A program made the position numbers and the translations under genes. Below the pieces are notes generated by a model, which saw only the letters and a program-made list of their open reading frames with translations, made no database searches and was not told the DNA's origin. From Planctomycetales bacterium (GTDB lineage: Bacteria > 4484-113 > JAFGCY01): a stretch of DNA of 32,000 nt. Shown here piece after piece: positions 1 through 8,198 of the stretch. The stretch's first letter is position 1. The number at the start of each line of letters is the position of its first letter. The stretch lies in contig CP060262.1 of assembly GCA_022646745.1 (NCBI GenBank), forward strand, positions 450,001 through 482,000, written 5' to 3'.

Positions 1-756
1 GTCAGCAGCATGGATGTCTACCGCGTGTTCGGCCGGATCCTCGGCACTGAACCCGGTGAGCCGATCGAAGGCCCGATCACCGAGGACAGCCCGCTCAGGG
101 AGCAGCTCTACCCCTACCGCGGCAAGGAGCCGCGCCCGGCTGACGACCCGCGCCGTGTGATGGATGACTATGACAAGATCCCGGCTGAGCAGGTGGTGCT
201 GTCTCACCGCACCCTGCCCGGCTGTGTTGTCAGGCTGCCGATGGTCTATGGTCCACGGGACTGGCAACGCCGGATGTTCCCCTACCTCAGGCAGATGCTG
301 GACGACCGGCCCTACATCGCGCTGGACTCCGACGCCCTGTCCTGGCGCTGCGCGCGCGGCTACGTGGAGAACATTGCACACGGCATCACGTTGGCAATCG
401 AGAAGCCTGAGAGTGCGGGGCGGCTGTACAACCTGTGCGAGCCTGTCGGCACCGAGCAGCAGTGGATCGAGCGCATCGGCCGGGCCCAGGGCTGGGACGG
501 ACAGGTGCTGAGCGTGCCACGCGAGCACTGGGAGAAGCACCTGAAGTGCGAGGCGCATACACAGCACCACCTTGACGTCTCCAGCGCGCGGATCCGCGAG
601 GAACTGGGCTACAGCGAGATCATCGACCCGCAGACCGCCGCCCTGCGCACCGTTGAGTGGGAACGTGACAACGAGCCGGACCAGTACGATGCGAGCATGT
701 TCGACTACGAGTCGATTGACAAGATGCTGCGCGCCCCGCGCAACGCCAGGGCCTGA
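1..756 (+). CDS. NAD-dependent epimerase/dehydratase (SDR family), C-terminal part; 5' end lies outside the window
   Basis: The reading frame is open from nt 1 (VSS precedes the first ATG at nt 10). The sequence '...RLPMVYGPRDWQRRMF...ARGYVENIAHGITLAI...LYNLCEP' is typical of the C-terminal substrate domain of extended SDR epimerases. Confidence 0.65.
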   Translation, partial: VSSMDVYRVFGRILGTEPGEPIEGPITEDSPLREQLYPYRGKEPRPADDPRRVMDDYDKIPAEQVVLSHRTLPGCVVRLPMVYGPRDWQRRMFPYLRQMLDDRPYIALDSDALSWRCARGYVENIAHGITLAIEKPESAGRLYNLCEPVGTEQQWIERIGRAQGWDGQVLSVPREHWEKHLKCEAHTQHHLDVSSARIREELGYSEIIDPQTAALRTVEWERDNEPDQYDASMFDYESIDKMLRAPRNARA

Positions 757-764
757 GCGTTAAG

Positions 765-1898
765 CTACTTCTCCGCGAACTTGCCGCCGAGCTGGCCACA
801 GGCCGCCCCGACATCCTGTCCGCGTGAGCGGCGCACCGTGACCGGCACGCCCTTCGATGCCAGCAACTGCGCGAAGTGATCGATGCGATCCTCACTGGTG
901 CCACGGAAGCCGGCGGAGGGGATCGGGTTGTAGCTGATCAGGTTGACATGCACCGGCAGCGGCTGCATGCGCGCCGGCTTCTCCTGCATCTCGGCATCCA
1001 GCACCACCGGGTGGTCCTGCGGCAGGCCCTTGAAACGGGCGAAGTCCACCAGCCGGCGGGCGTCGTCATCACTGTCATTGCTGCCGCTGATCAGGGTGTA
1101 CTCGATGCTGACCTTGCCGCCGTTGACACGGCGGTAGTAGTACAGCGCCGCCATCAGCTCCATGATGTCATGCGTGGCCTCGGGCATCTGCTCGCGGCGC
1201 TTGGCCTCGGTGGTGAAGTGCAGTGACAACGCGAGGTTGACACGCGGGAATGTGTCCGCCAGCTTGAGCATCGGCTGCACGATGCCGACCGTTGACACCG
1301 TGATGCGGCGCGGGCTCCAGTTGCGTCCCTGCTCGCCGCAGAGGATCTCCACCACGCGGCGCAGCGCGCGTAGGTTCAGCAGCGGCTCACCCATCCCCAT
1401 GAACACGATGCGGTCAACGGTCTGGCCACTGTCCTGCTCGGCGAGATAGAGCTGTTGCAGGATCTCGCCCGCTGACAACCAGCTGCGCAGCCCCATGTGC
1501 CCGGTCTCGCAGAACTTGCAGGCCATCGGGCAGCCGCTCTGGGAGCTGATGCACAGCGTGCAGCCGTACTTGCTGGGCATCACGACGGATTCAATCGGGT
1601 CGTTGCCACGGGTCAGGAAGGCGTACTTGATGCTGCCGTCGCGGCTGTCCAGCCTGACAACCTGCCTGAGCGGGGCGTGGTCGAACTTCTCCGCCAGCTT
1701 CTCGCGCAGGGCTGCCGGCAGGTTGGTCATCTGCGCCGGTTCATGCACATTCTTGACGTGCAGCCAGTCGAACACCTGCTTCGCGCGGAAGGCCGGCTCA
1801 CCGAGCGCGGTGAACTCCTCCGCGAGGCGCTCCATGCTCAGGTCCAGCAGGCGGTGCTTCTGCTGCGGGGCTTCCTCTGTGAGCGGCTGCTCTACCAT
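765..1898 (-). CDS. rlmN: 23S rRNA/tRNA (adenine-C2)-methyltransferase RlmN, radical SAM
   Basis: Carries the radical-SAM CxxxCxxC motif in 'CISSQSGCPMACKFCETG', plus 'FMGMGEPLLN' and a C-terminal 'GAACGQL'. Length of 377 aa is typical for RlmN/Cfr. The start overlaps the upstream gene's stop (ATGGTAG). Confidence 0.9.
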   Translation of the reverse strand: MVEQPLTEEAPQQKHRLLDLSMERLAEEFTALGEPAFRAKQVFDWLHVKNVHEPAQMTNLPAALREKLAEKFDHAPLRQVVRLDSRDGSIKYAFLTRGNDPIESVVMPSKYGCTLCISSQSGCPMACKFCETGHMGLRSWLSAGEILQQLYLAEQDSGQTVDRIVFMGMGEPLLNLRALRRVVEILCGEQGRNWSPRRITVSTVGIVQPMLKLADTFPRVNLALSLHFTTEAKRREQMPEATHDIMELMAALYYYRRVNGGKVSIEYTLISGSNDSDDDARRLVDFARFKGLPQDHPVVLDAEMQEKPARMQPLPVHVNLISYNPIPSAGFRGTSEDRIDHFAQLLASKGVPVTVRRSRGQDVGAACGQLGGKFAEK

Positions 1899-3298
1899 TT
1901 CTCCGGATCCTCAGGCAGCGGGAAGTCCAGCCCGAGGATCTCGCCGGCCCGCTTGAGGTAGGCGGCCTGCGGGCCCTGCATGTACTTGTACATGTACTTC
2001 TTGCCGGCCAGCGTGCTGTTCTCCATGTCCTCGATCGCCAGCACGCCGAAGCGTGTCTCGTCGGTGATCAGCTTGTCACGGTACAGCTTGTTGGAAACGT
2101 CGAGGTACTGCTCGTTGAGGAAGCGGGTGGCCGCGGCCAGCTCCGAAGCTTCCTTGGAGGCCGGGTTCTGCGCTTCCTGCTGCTTGTGCAGGCACTTGAG
2201 CTGCAGGTTGAAGAAGGTGCGATCGAAGGGCTCGATACGGCCGAGTGCATAGAGCATGTACATCACCTCGCCGATGTCCTCCTTGTCCTGCGGCCAGGTG
2301 GAGGTACCGTCCACGAGGCGTACGAGCTGGTTGACGGCGAAGGGATCGAGGTTGCCCCAGTGCAGCCAGTGGTCTACATAGACCGCGCCCTCCTGGGCGG
2401 CGTATACCCTGGGGTACATGGCGTCATGGGCGTAGGGCGGCACCGGCGGCGGATAGTAGAAGCGGCCCTGCGGCTTGGCATTGCCCTTGCGCAGCTCGCG
2501 GATGATCTCCCTGATCGGCTCATCGCCGAAGTCCGGCACGTAGATCTTGGCGAGGAACAGCGCACGGCTGTAGTTGACGAAGTTGTTGTCCGGGTCGCGC
2601 TTCTCCAGCTCGTCGTAAATGTCGCTGACTTCCTTGAGGCGGGTGCGGATCGCATCCATTTCCATACCCTGGGAGCGGATCCACTCATGGGCCTGGTGCG
2701 GCTCAGTCAGGGTGTAGATCTTCATGTAGTAGAAGCGCGGCTCATCGGGCCAGATCTCAATCGCCTTATCCAGCATGTCGATCGCTTCCGTCTCGGTATC
2801 CACATACTGGGTAGCGTCGGAGTAGCGCTTGCGCGGCTTGAGGTAGACGGCGTAGGTGGCATAGTTGAGCGGGTTGTCCGGCTGGGCCTCGATCGCGCTC
2901 TTGAACAGCTGCTCCACCGTGGCATTGGTGCCGAAGATCACGGTCTGGACCTCGCCAACCACTTCCTCATAGAGCTTCTGTCCCTCGGCCTGCTCCGCCG
3001 GGTCGCTGCTTTCCTTCAGCTTCTGGGCGCGGTCGTACTTGTCCTTGACCACGAGGTAGGAAGTCTCCACCAGGAACCAGGCCTGCTGCGCGTCCTCGTG
3101 GATGTCCGTGTAGGGACGGTCAAGGTAATGCGGGTAGATCTTCGTTTCCTTCGGAACGTTGGCGTTCGCCGTATCGAAGGTGTATTCATCGCCCTTCGCC
3201 GCCTTCTGGCCACCCGAGGGGCAGGCCGCAAGGAACAGCAGGCAGAGGGCTGCGAACAGTGTGGATATGTATCTATACATCATTGCGCCGGTGTCCAT
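1892..3298 (-). CDS. hypothetical lipoprotein (helical, possibly TPR-like)
   Basis: N-terminus 'MYRYISTLFAALCLLFLAACPSGG' is a signal peptide with an L-A-A-C lipobox. Long ORF with host-like composition. The exact start is uncertain (M at 3298, 3283 or 3280). Confidence 0.65.
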   Translation of the reverse strand: MDTGAMMYRYISTLFAALCLLFLAACPSGGQKAAKGDEYTFDTANANVPKETKIYPHYLDRPYTDIHEDAQQAWFLVETSYLVVKDKYDRAQKLKESSDPAEQAEGQKLYEEVVGEVQTVIFGTNATVEQLFKSAIEAQPDNPLNYATYAVYLKPRKRYSDATQYVDTETEAIDMLDKAIEIWPDEPRFYYMKIYTLTEPHQAHEWIRSQGMEMDAIRTRLKEVSDIYDELEKRDPDNNFVNYSRALFLAKIYVPDFGDEPIREIIRELRKGNAKPQGRFYYPPPVPPYAHDAMYPRVYAAQEGAVYVDHWLHWGNLDPFAVNQLVRLVDGTSTWPQDKEDIGEVMYMLYALGRIEPFDRTFFNLQLKCLHKQQEAQNPASKEASELAAATRFLNEQYLDVSNKLYRDKLITDETRFGVLAIEDMENSTLAGKKYMYKYMQGPQAAYLKRAGEILGLDFPLPEDPEKW

Positions 3299-3367
3299 GG
3301 GATTGAGAGACCTATCAGTATAGCGTCAGAACACTGACGGGTACTCCAGTAGATGAGCTGCCAGACG

Positions 3368-4384
3368 TCAGCGCGGCAGGCTGCGTTCGAGGAATGACCA
3401 CCAGTTGGCCCCGCTGAAGCCCGCCACCCGCTCGGGGGACCAGCCCCGTGCAGCCAGGCCATCGGCCAGTTTCTGCAGGTCGCGCACGTCGTTTATGCCT
3501 TCTGGTGTGTTCTCCACGGTCAACCCGCCATCCAGGTCACTGCCGATCCCGATGTGCGCCGCGCCGGCCAGCTCCGTGACATATTCAATATGGTCCAGCG
3601 CGCGCGACAGCGGCGGCTGCGGGTCGCCGGTATGCCAGGGCTGCACGATGAACGGTGCCAGCAGCACATGCCCGACCACGCCGCGGCGCTCACCGATCTC
3701 GCGGATCTGCCAGTCCTGCAGGTTGCGCTCGATGCCCGCCAGCTCACGCGCATTGGCATGTGTGGAACAGAGCGGGCTGCGGAAGTTCTCCAGCACATCC
3801 GAGATGCCCTGGTCATTGAGGTGGGCGAGGTCAAGGATCATACCGAGTTGTTCGTACTCCCGCAGCAGCTCAAACCCGAGCTGGGTCAGTCCGCCGCCAT
3901 CACTGAAGGTGCCGCTCGCATAGCGGTTGCGCCCGTTCCATGTCAGGCCGGCCATCCGCACCCCGCGGGAGAACCAGCTGGACAGCTCACTGGGGCCGGC
4001 CAGCAGGTCGAGGCCCTCCATCAGAAGCACGATGCCGATCGGTTTCGCAGGTTGGCCATCGCGACCGGGCACATCCGGAGCCGCAGCCAGTTCCGCGAGC
4101 TCGCGGCGGCTGGTGACCAGCCTCAGTTCCTGCGGGTACTGCCCAAGCCACATGCGGTACATCTGGTACTGCTCATTGAGCATCCGCAAGCGCACTTCGC
4201 TGGGATGTTCGTGCTCGACGAACAGGGTGGCGCAGATGAGGCGCACACCGGCCTGCTGCAGCCAGCCAAGGGTGATCATGCAGCTCTTGCCGCCGGGGTC
4301 AACAAGGTCGCGGCGATGCACCTGGCAGTGCATCGCGATGTCCTGGTGGGCGTCAACGAGGAATGGACCGGCTGGCAGCGGCAT
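3368..4384 (-). CDS. membrane dipeptidase family protein (peptidase M19)
   Basis: M19 signature blocks are present: 'VDAHQDIAMH', 'GVRMAGLTWNGRNRYASG', 'ILDLAHLNDQG', 'PLCSTHANAREL' and 'GIGSDLDGG'. Confidence 0.85.
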   Translation of the reverse strand: MPLPAGPFLVDAHQDIAMHCQVHRRDLVDPGGKSCMITLGWLQQAGVRLICATLFVEHEHPSEVRLRMLNEQYQMYRMWLGQYPQELRLVTSRRELAELAAAPDVPGRDGQPAKPIGIVLLMEGLDLLAGPSELSSWFSRGVRMAGLTWNGRNRYASGTFSDGGGLTQLGFELLREYEQLGMILDLAHLNDQGISDVLENFRSPLCSTHANARELAGIERNLQDWQIREIGERRGVVGHVLLAPFIVQPWHTGDPQPPLSRALDHIEYVTELAGAAHIGIGSDLDGGLTVENTPEGINDVRDLQKLADGLAARGWSPERVAGFSGANWWSFLERSLPR

Positions 4385-4436
4385 CCGCCTGAGTATATAT
4401 GCGGGCAGTACGCGTAGAGGCGGTTACAATTGCCCC

Positions 4437-4742
4437 GTGGACCTGCGAGAGCAGCTTTCATCGTCACTGAGCCGCGGACTCGGGATTGAGGTCGGACCGG
4501 AGTCGGCCGCGCTGGTGCTCGCCATGCACCGCCTCGAGAAGGAGCAGGGGCTGGGCGAGGTATTCAGCGTGGAGGAAGTGGCGCAGAGCGCCGGGATCAG
4601 CACGCTGGTGGCGATGGCCGCCCTGCCCGCCTGTGAGCAGGCCGGGCTGCTGAAGCGGCACGACGTGCGCACGGATGTCTACCTCACGCTTGAACCGGAG
4701 GGACGCAGCCAGATCATGCTGCTGAAGTACAGCGGGAAATGA
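4437..4742 (+). CDS. small winged-helix DNA-binding protein (MarR/ArsR-like), putative regulator
   Basis: An in-frame GTG at 4437 lies just past the divergent dipeptidase start; the longer 3927 start would run antisense through that gene. 'FSVEEVAQSAGISTLVAMAALPACEQAGLLKRH...YLTLEPEG' has an HTH-plus-wing pattern. The stop overlaps the lysE-like start (ATGA). Confidence 0.5.
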   Translation: MDLREQLSSSLSRGLGIEVGPESAALVLAMHRLEKEQGLGEVFSVEEVAQSAGISTLVAMAALPACEQAGLLKRHDVRTDVYLTLEPEGRSQIMLLKYSGK

Positions 4743-5386
4743 CAACGCTCCTGCCTGATACGGCGCAGCTGCTGGCATTCATCAGCGCCGGGCTGGCACT
4801 GAACATCATCCCCGGGCAGGACATGCTTTACGTGATCGTGCAGTCCAGCCATGGCAGCCGCCGGCGCGGACTGCTAAGCGCGCTGGCAATCGGCTGCGGC
4901 ACCCTGTTCCACATCGCAGCCGTCAGCCTCGGGCTGGCCGGGCTGCTGGCAGCGGTTCCTCTGGCATACAGCGTGGTACGCATCGCCGGCGCGATCTACC
5001 TGGTCTGGCAGGGGATTGCAATGTGGCGCACAGGTGGCCAGCCGGATGAGGGTTCTCCTGGTCACGCCGGGCAGTCCAGCGGCCGAGGGATGTTCCTGCA
5101 GGGGATGCTGACGAACATGCTGAATCCCAAGGTGGCGCTGTTCTTCCTTGCCCTGCTGCCCCAGTTCTGCGACCCGGTGCGCGGCAGCATGGGATTGCAG
5201 CTCGCCCTGCTCGGCCTGATCTTCTGCGTGAACGGTACACTGGTGCTGCTGGCGGTTTCACTGGCAACGCATTCCACCAGCCGCAGGTTCGGTGGCAGCA
5301 ATACCGGACAGCGCTGGCTGAAGCGGATCGGTGGCTGCGTACTGGCAATGCTTGGGCTGCGCCTGCTGCTGCAGCGTGGCCAGTGA
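4739..5386 (+). CDS. LysE/RhtB family amino-acid exporter
   Basis: N-terminus 'LLAFISAGLALNIIPGQDMLYVI' and 'LTNMLNPKVALFFLALLPQF' are LysE-family hallmarks. About 6 TM segments, 215 aa. Confidence 0.85.
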   Translation: MTTLLPDTAQLLAFISAGLALNIIPGQDMLYVIVQSSHGSRRRGLLSALAIGCGTLFHIAAVSLGLAGLLAAVPLAYSVVRIAGAIYLVWQGIAMWRTGGQPDEGSPGHAGQSSGRGMFLQGMLTNMLNPKVALFFLALLPQFCDPVRGSMGLQLALLGLIFCVNGTLVLLAVSLATHSTSRRFGGSNTGQRWLKRIGGCVLAMLGLRLLLQRGQ

Positions 5387-5659
5387 GCACACCGGCTTGC
5401 CGGGCCACCGATATTTGTTTACTGGCAACCAATATCGGCAAGCTGATTCCCATTCTGTTGCCAATCTGAATGCGGACCCAGAAACGGAGCGGACCGCCAG
5501 CGGCTGACAGTCGGTCCATATAGGTGCAGATTGGCAAGCAAGAAGAATTATCGGTCAACTTTCCAATATATTATTGATTGTCAGATAGTTTAGGGGCACT
5601 TCATTCTCATTCAACCAGTAGTTTGATCCATCGCCAGTCTGGCGCGGCATCATTTCAGC

Positions 5660-5839
5660 ATGATGATGACGCGCAACAGACTAACGGTTACTGAGAAGCG
5701 CTTGATTTGGGAACAGGGATTCGGACTTGATATTCGCGAAAACAGCGCGTCCATTGGACTGCTCGGATTCGCTGCCGTGCTGATGGTCGTCTCCATCGTC
5801 ACCCCGATCGCACAGCTGTTCTACTACTCAAGCTGGTAG
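5660..5839 (+). CDS. small (59 aa) tail-anchored membrane peptide, paralog of 6044..6208
   Basis: My own translation: MMMTRNRLTVTEKRLIWEQGFGLDIRENSASIGLLGFAAVLMVVSIVTPIAQLFYYSSW. It is below the 60-aa cutoff of the ORF track. It shares an 'E+xLxxEQGxxxDIR' motif plus a C-terminal TM helix with the second ORF. No clear Shine-Dalgarno (SD) sequence. Confidence 0.4.
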   Translation: MMMTRNRLTVTEKRLIWEQGFGLDIRENSASIGLLGFAAVLMVVSIVTPIAQLFYYSSW

Positions 5840-6043
5840 GACCGGGCTCGAAAGCTCCCCTTCGCCTTCCGCTTGCTGCTGCAAGGATGCAGCAGCCCTT
5901 TCCTGCAGTGGACACTGCACTTTCTCCATCAATTCACGCAAATGCTGTTTATGCCTGCATGCAGCCGGGTATACAGTCTGGTTTGAAGCCAGTGCCAGAA
6001 CCCCCAACGCAACAAATCAGCAGGAAGGAAGGTCTAAGAAGTC

Positions 6044-6208
6044 ATGCAGGACATGAGAGCCATCAGAGCAATTGAGAGGCAGCTCGTGCTGGAACAGGGA
6101 GACAGTTTCGACATCCGTCGTCACTTCGCCCTGCTGGCCGTGCTGGTTGTCAGCAGCGCGCTCTTCATCCTTGCGCAGTTCTTCCCCCAGGTGCTGGCAG
6201 GCCTGTAA
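6044..6208 (+). CDS. small (54 aa) tail-anchored membrane peptide, paralog of 5660..5839
   Basis: My own translation: MQDMRAIRAIERQLVLEQGDSFDIRRHFALLAVLVVSSALFILAQFFPQVLAGL. A purine-rich GGAAGGAAGG lies ~13 nt upstream of the ATG. Same motif and TM layout as the first ORF. Confidence 0.45.
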   Translation: MQDMRAIRAIERQLVLEQGDSFDIRRHFALLAVLVVSSALFILAQFFPQVLAGL

Positions 6209-6294
6209 GGCAAGGAATGAAGGGGCTGCTGCTCCATCGTTCCCATAATACACGGAATTTCTCCGGCAGCGGCAAGTCCGGCCGGGTTGCCAGA

Positions 6295-6323
6295 CCCGCC
6301 GCCCCATCCACGGGGCCGGCGGG
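6295..6323. terminator. GC-rich hairpin between convergent genes (possible bidirectional terminator)
   Basis: CCCGCCGCCCC-atccac-GGGGCCGGCGGG forms 11 bp with one bulged C. It lies between the small ORF (+) and the DUF899 gene (-). There is no clean U-tract on either side. Confidence 0.3.
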
Positions 6324-6343
6324 CTGGCTTCATTCACTCAAGC

Positions 6344-6940
6344 CTATTCAAACGCGCTGCCAGTGGAATCCGGCAGGCGGATGAACATGTGGAACAGGCC
6401 CATCAGGCTGTCACCGGGGCAGATGTCGGTCTGCTGGTGGCAACGGATCGTGCCGTCGCCAGTCTTTTCCAGGATCATCATCCCAGGCCCGTAGTGCACC
6501 TTGTCGCCATCCTCACGCGCATAGCCCCAGTCCTTCGACAGGCTGGTATCGCGGCAGCTGAGCATGTCGAACTGCCAGCCGCGCAGCTTTGCGCCGGCCT
6601 GCTGCTGGTCCGGACGGTCATTGCTGACGAGCAGGAACTTGGCGCGCTGGCCGTACTCCCCGCTTTCGAGGTGGTGGAAGTAGCCATTGAAGCCATCCGC
6701 CCACAGTGAGCAGTACTTGCAGGCAAAGCCCATGTTGTGCACGAGCACCATCTGGCTGTGCTCGCCGAACATTTCGCTGAGCCTGACAGTGCTGCCGTCA
6801 TGGCGGGTCAGTTCGTAGTCCTGCATGGCCTGGCCGCCGAGTTGCTTCTCGATAGCTGCCATTTCCATGTTCAGCGCATTGCGCTGGTCCCATTTCGCCT
6901 TCAGCTGCTGCTTCAGGTCCTGTGTCTGTGTTGCATCCAT
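6344..6940 (-). CDS. DUF899-type thioredoxin-fold protein
   Basis: The layout 'YELTRHDGSTVRLSEMFGEHSQMVLVHNMGFACKYCSLWADGFNG...HL...AKFLLVSNDRP...GWQFDMLS' matches the DUF899 pattern, including its Cys-containing motif. ATG at 6940 is preferred over the TTG at 6964, which lies inside a palindrome. Confidence 0.6.
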   Translation of the reverse strand: MDATQTQDLKQQLKAKWDQRNALNMEMAAIEKQLGGQAMQDYELTRHDGSTVRLSEMFGEHSQMVLVHNMGFACKYCSLWADGFNGYFHHLESGEYGQRAKFLLVSNDRPDQQQAGAKLRGWQFDMLSCRDTSLSKDWGYAREDGDKVHYGPGMMILEKTGDGTIRCHQQTDICPGDSLMGLFHMFIRLPDSTGSAFE

Positions 6941-6956
6941 GGCTGGAGTATAACAC

Positions 6957-6972
6957 TTAACCAATTGGTTAA
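6957..6972. promoter_or_regulatory. perfect 16-bp palindrome TTAACCAATTGGTTAA, candidate operator upstream of the DUF899 gene
   Basis: Read directly from the sequence. It lies 17 nt upstream of the ATG at 6940, in the short xthA-DUF899 spacer. Confidence 0.3.
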
Positions 6973-6995
6973 CAATGGAATTTCCGGAAAACGCG

Positions 6996-7751
6996 CTATT
7001 TCAGTTCGATCCCCACCGGGCAGTGGTCGCTGCCATACACCTCGGGCAGGATGTAGGCCCGCTTGAGGGACTTCCCAAGCGACTGGCTGATGCAGACGTA
7101 GTCGATGCGCCAGCCGACATTGCGCTCACGTGCCCCGGCACGGAAGCTCCACCAGGAGTAGTGGCCACCCTCGTCATTGAGGTGGCGGAAGCTGTCGATG
7201 AAGCCGGCGTTGACAATGTTGTCCATTCCGGCGCGTTCCTCATCGGTGAAGCCGGCGCTGCCAACGTTCTGCTTCGGACGGGCAAGGTCGATCTCCCTGT
7301 GGGCCACGTTCAGGTCGCCGCAGAACACCACGGGCTTCTGTTCCTCAAGTTTCTTCACGTGCGAGAGGAAGTGTGGATCCCATTCCTTATGGCGGTATGG
7401 CAGGCGGCTCAGGTCATTCTTGACGTTGGGTGTGTAGACGGTCACCAGCCAGAAGTCCTTGAATTCAGCGCTGATCACACGGCCTTCGTTGTCATGCTTC
7501 GGATCCCCCATCCCGTTCAGGACATTGAGCGGCTGCTGGCGGGTCATGATCAGGGTGCCGCTGTAGCCCTTCTTCTCGGCCGGGTTCCAGAACAGCTCAT
7601 AGCCGCCCCAGTCCACATCCGGCACCTGCTCGGGCATGGCCTTGATCTCCTGCAGGCAGAGCATGTCGGCGTCCATCTCCGCCATCTTGTCCAGCAGGCC
7701 CTTGTCGAGCGCACTGCGCAGTCCGTTGACATTCCAGGATACGATTCGCAT
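6996..7751 (-). CDS. xthA: exodeoxyribonuclease III (AP endonuclease)
   Basis: 'MRIVSWNVNGLRSA...', 'CLQEIK', 'VVFCGDLNVAH', 'WRIDY' and 'GSDHCPV' are canonical ExoIII/EEP motifs. 251 aa. Confidence 0.92.
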   Translation of the reverse strand: MRIVSWNVNGLRSALDKGLLDKMAEMDADMLCLQEIKAMPEQVPDVDWGGYELFWNPAEKKGYSGTLIMTRQQPLNVLNGMGDPKHDNEGRVISAEFKDFWLVTVYTPNVKNDLSRLPYRHKEWDPHFLSHVKKLEEQKPVVFCGDLNVAHREIDLARPKQNVGSAGFTDEERAGMDNIVNAGFIDSFRHLNDEGGHYSWWSFRAGARERNVGWRIDYVCISQSLGKSLKRAYILPEVYGSDHCPVGIELK

Positions 7752-7774
7752 GGCGCAGCAGTATAGCGCGGGGT

Positions 7775-8164
7775 TCAGTCGTCGTCAGAATCCCGCAGGC
7801 GCTTCAGTTCACGCAGCAGATCGCGGTCACGCATGTCGAGGTCGGCCTCAGGCAGGCCGCCGTCAATGATCTCCTCCAGCTTTTCGCGACCGATCAGCTT
7901 CTCGAGGCGGCGGTCCAGCTTGTCCAGCTCGCCCTCGCTGTAACCCATCGCCACGGCGGTCTTGATCACATCCATCTTCTCGCGCGCCAGGTCACGGTAG
8001 ACATCGAGCGCCTTGTCGCGCTCAGCCCGTGTCAGGTTTGCCAGCCGCCGTTCATGGCGGCGGGCACCGGGGGTCTTGCTCGGACCGAAGATCGCGCGCG
8101 CAGCATGCACCGCAAACACGATGATCGCCACCATCAGTCCTATCTGGATCAGCTCCGGAATCAA
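7775..8164 (-). CDS. paralog 5 of a tandem family: N-terminal TM helix plus conserved cytoplasmic helical domain
   Basis: I moved the start to the in-frame TTG at 8164, preceded by GGGAGG 9 nt upstream. This removes the overlap with the upstream paralog and places the start just before the TM helix 'IPELIQIGLMVAIIVFAV', as in the other four. Conserved block: 'YRDLAREKMDVIKTAVAMGYSEGELDKLDRRLEKLIGREK'. Confidence 0.65.
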   Translation of the reverse strand: MIPELIQIGLMVAIIVFAVHAARAIFGPSKTPGARRHERRLANLTRAERDKALDVYRDLAREKMDVIKTAVAMGYSEGELDKLDRRLEKLIGREKLEEIIDGGLPEADLDMRDRDLLRELKRLRDSDDD

Positions 8165-8198
8165 ACCCCGTGCACCTCCCTGATTGTTGCCAGTTTCG

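Noticed and set aside
2186-3337. Long antisense 'shadow' ORFs opposite recognised genes: 2186-3337(+), 3554-4417(+), 6975-7766(+), 9885-11336(+), 12971-13660(+), 13665-14585(+), 18942-19889(+), 20112-21146(+), 21196-22611(+), 28202-29479(+), 4923-5558(-), 15243-15848(-), 31303-31758(-).
   Set aside because: Each lies opposite a gene with clear family motifs. Their translations are the Arg/Ala/Leu/His/Val-rich low-complexity strings typical of stop-poor antisense frames in high-GC DNA, and none shows a recognisable motif.
7004-7017. tRNA T-arm-like string GTTCGATCCCCACC.
   Set aside because: It lies inside the xthA coding sequence (encoding ...PVGIELK*). No complementary acceptor stem, D-arm or anticodon arm could be built around it.
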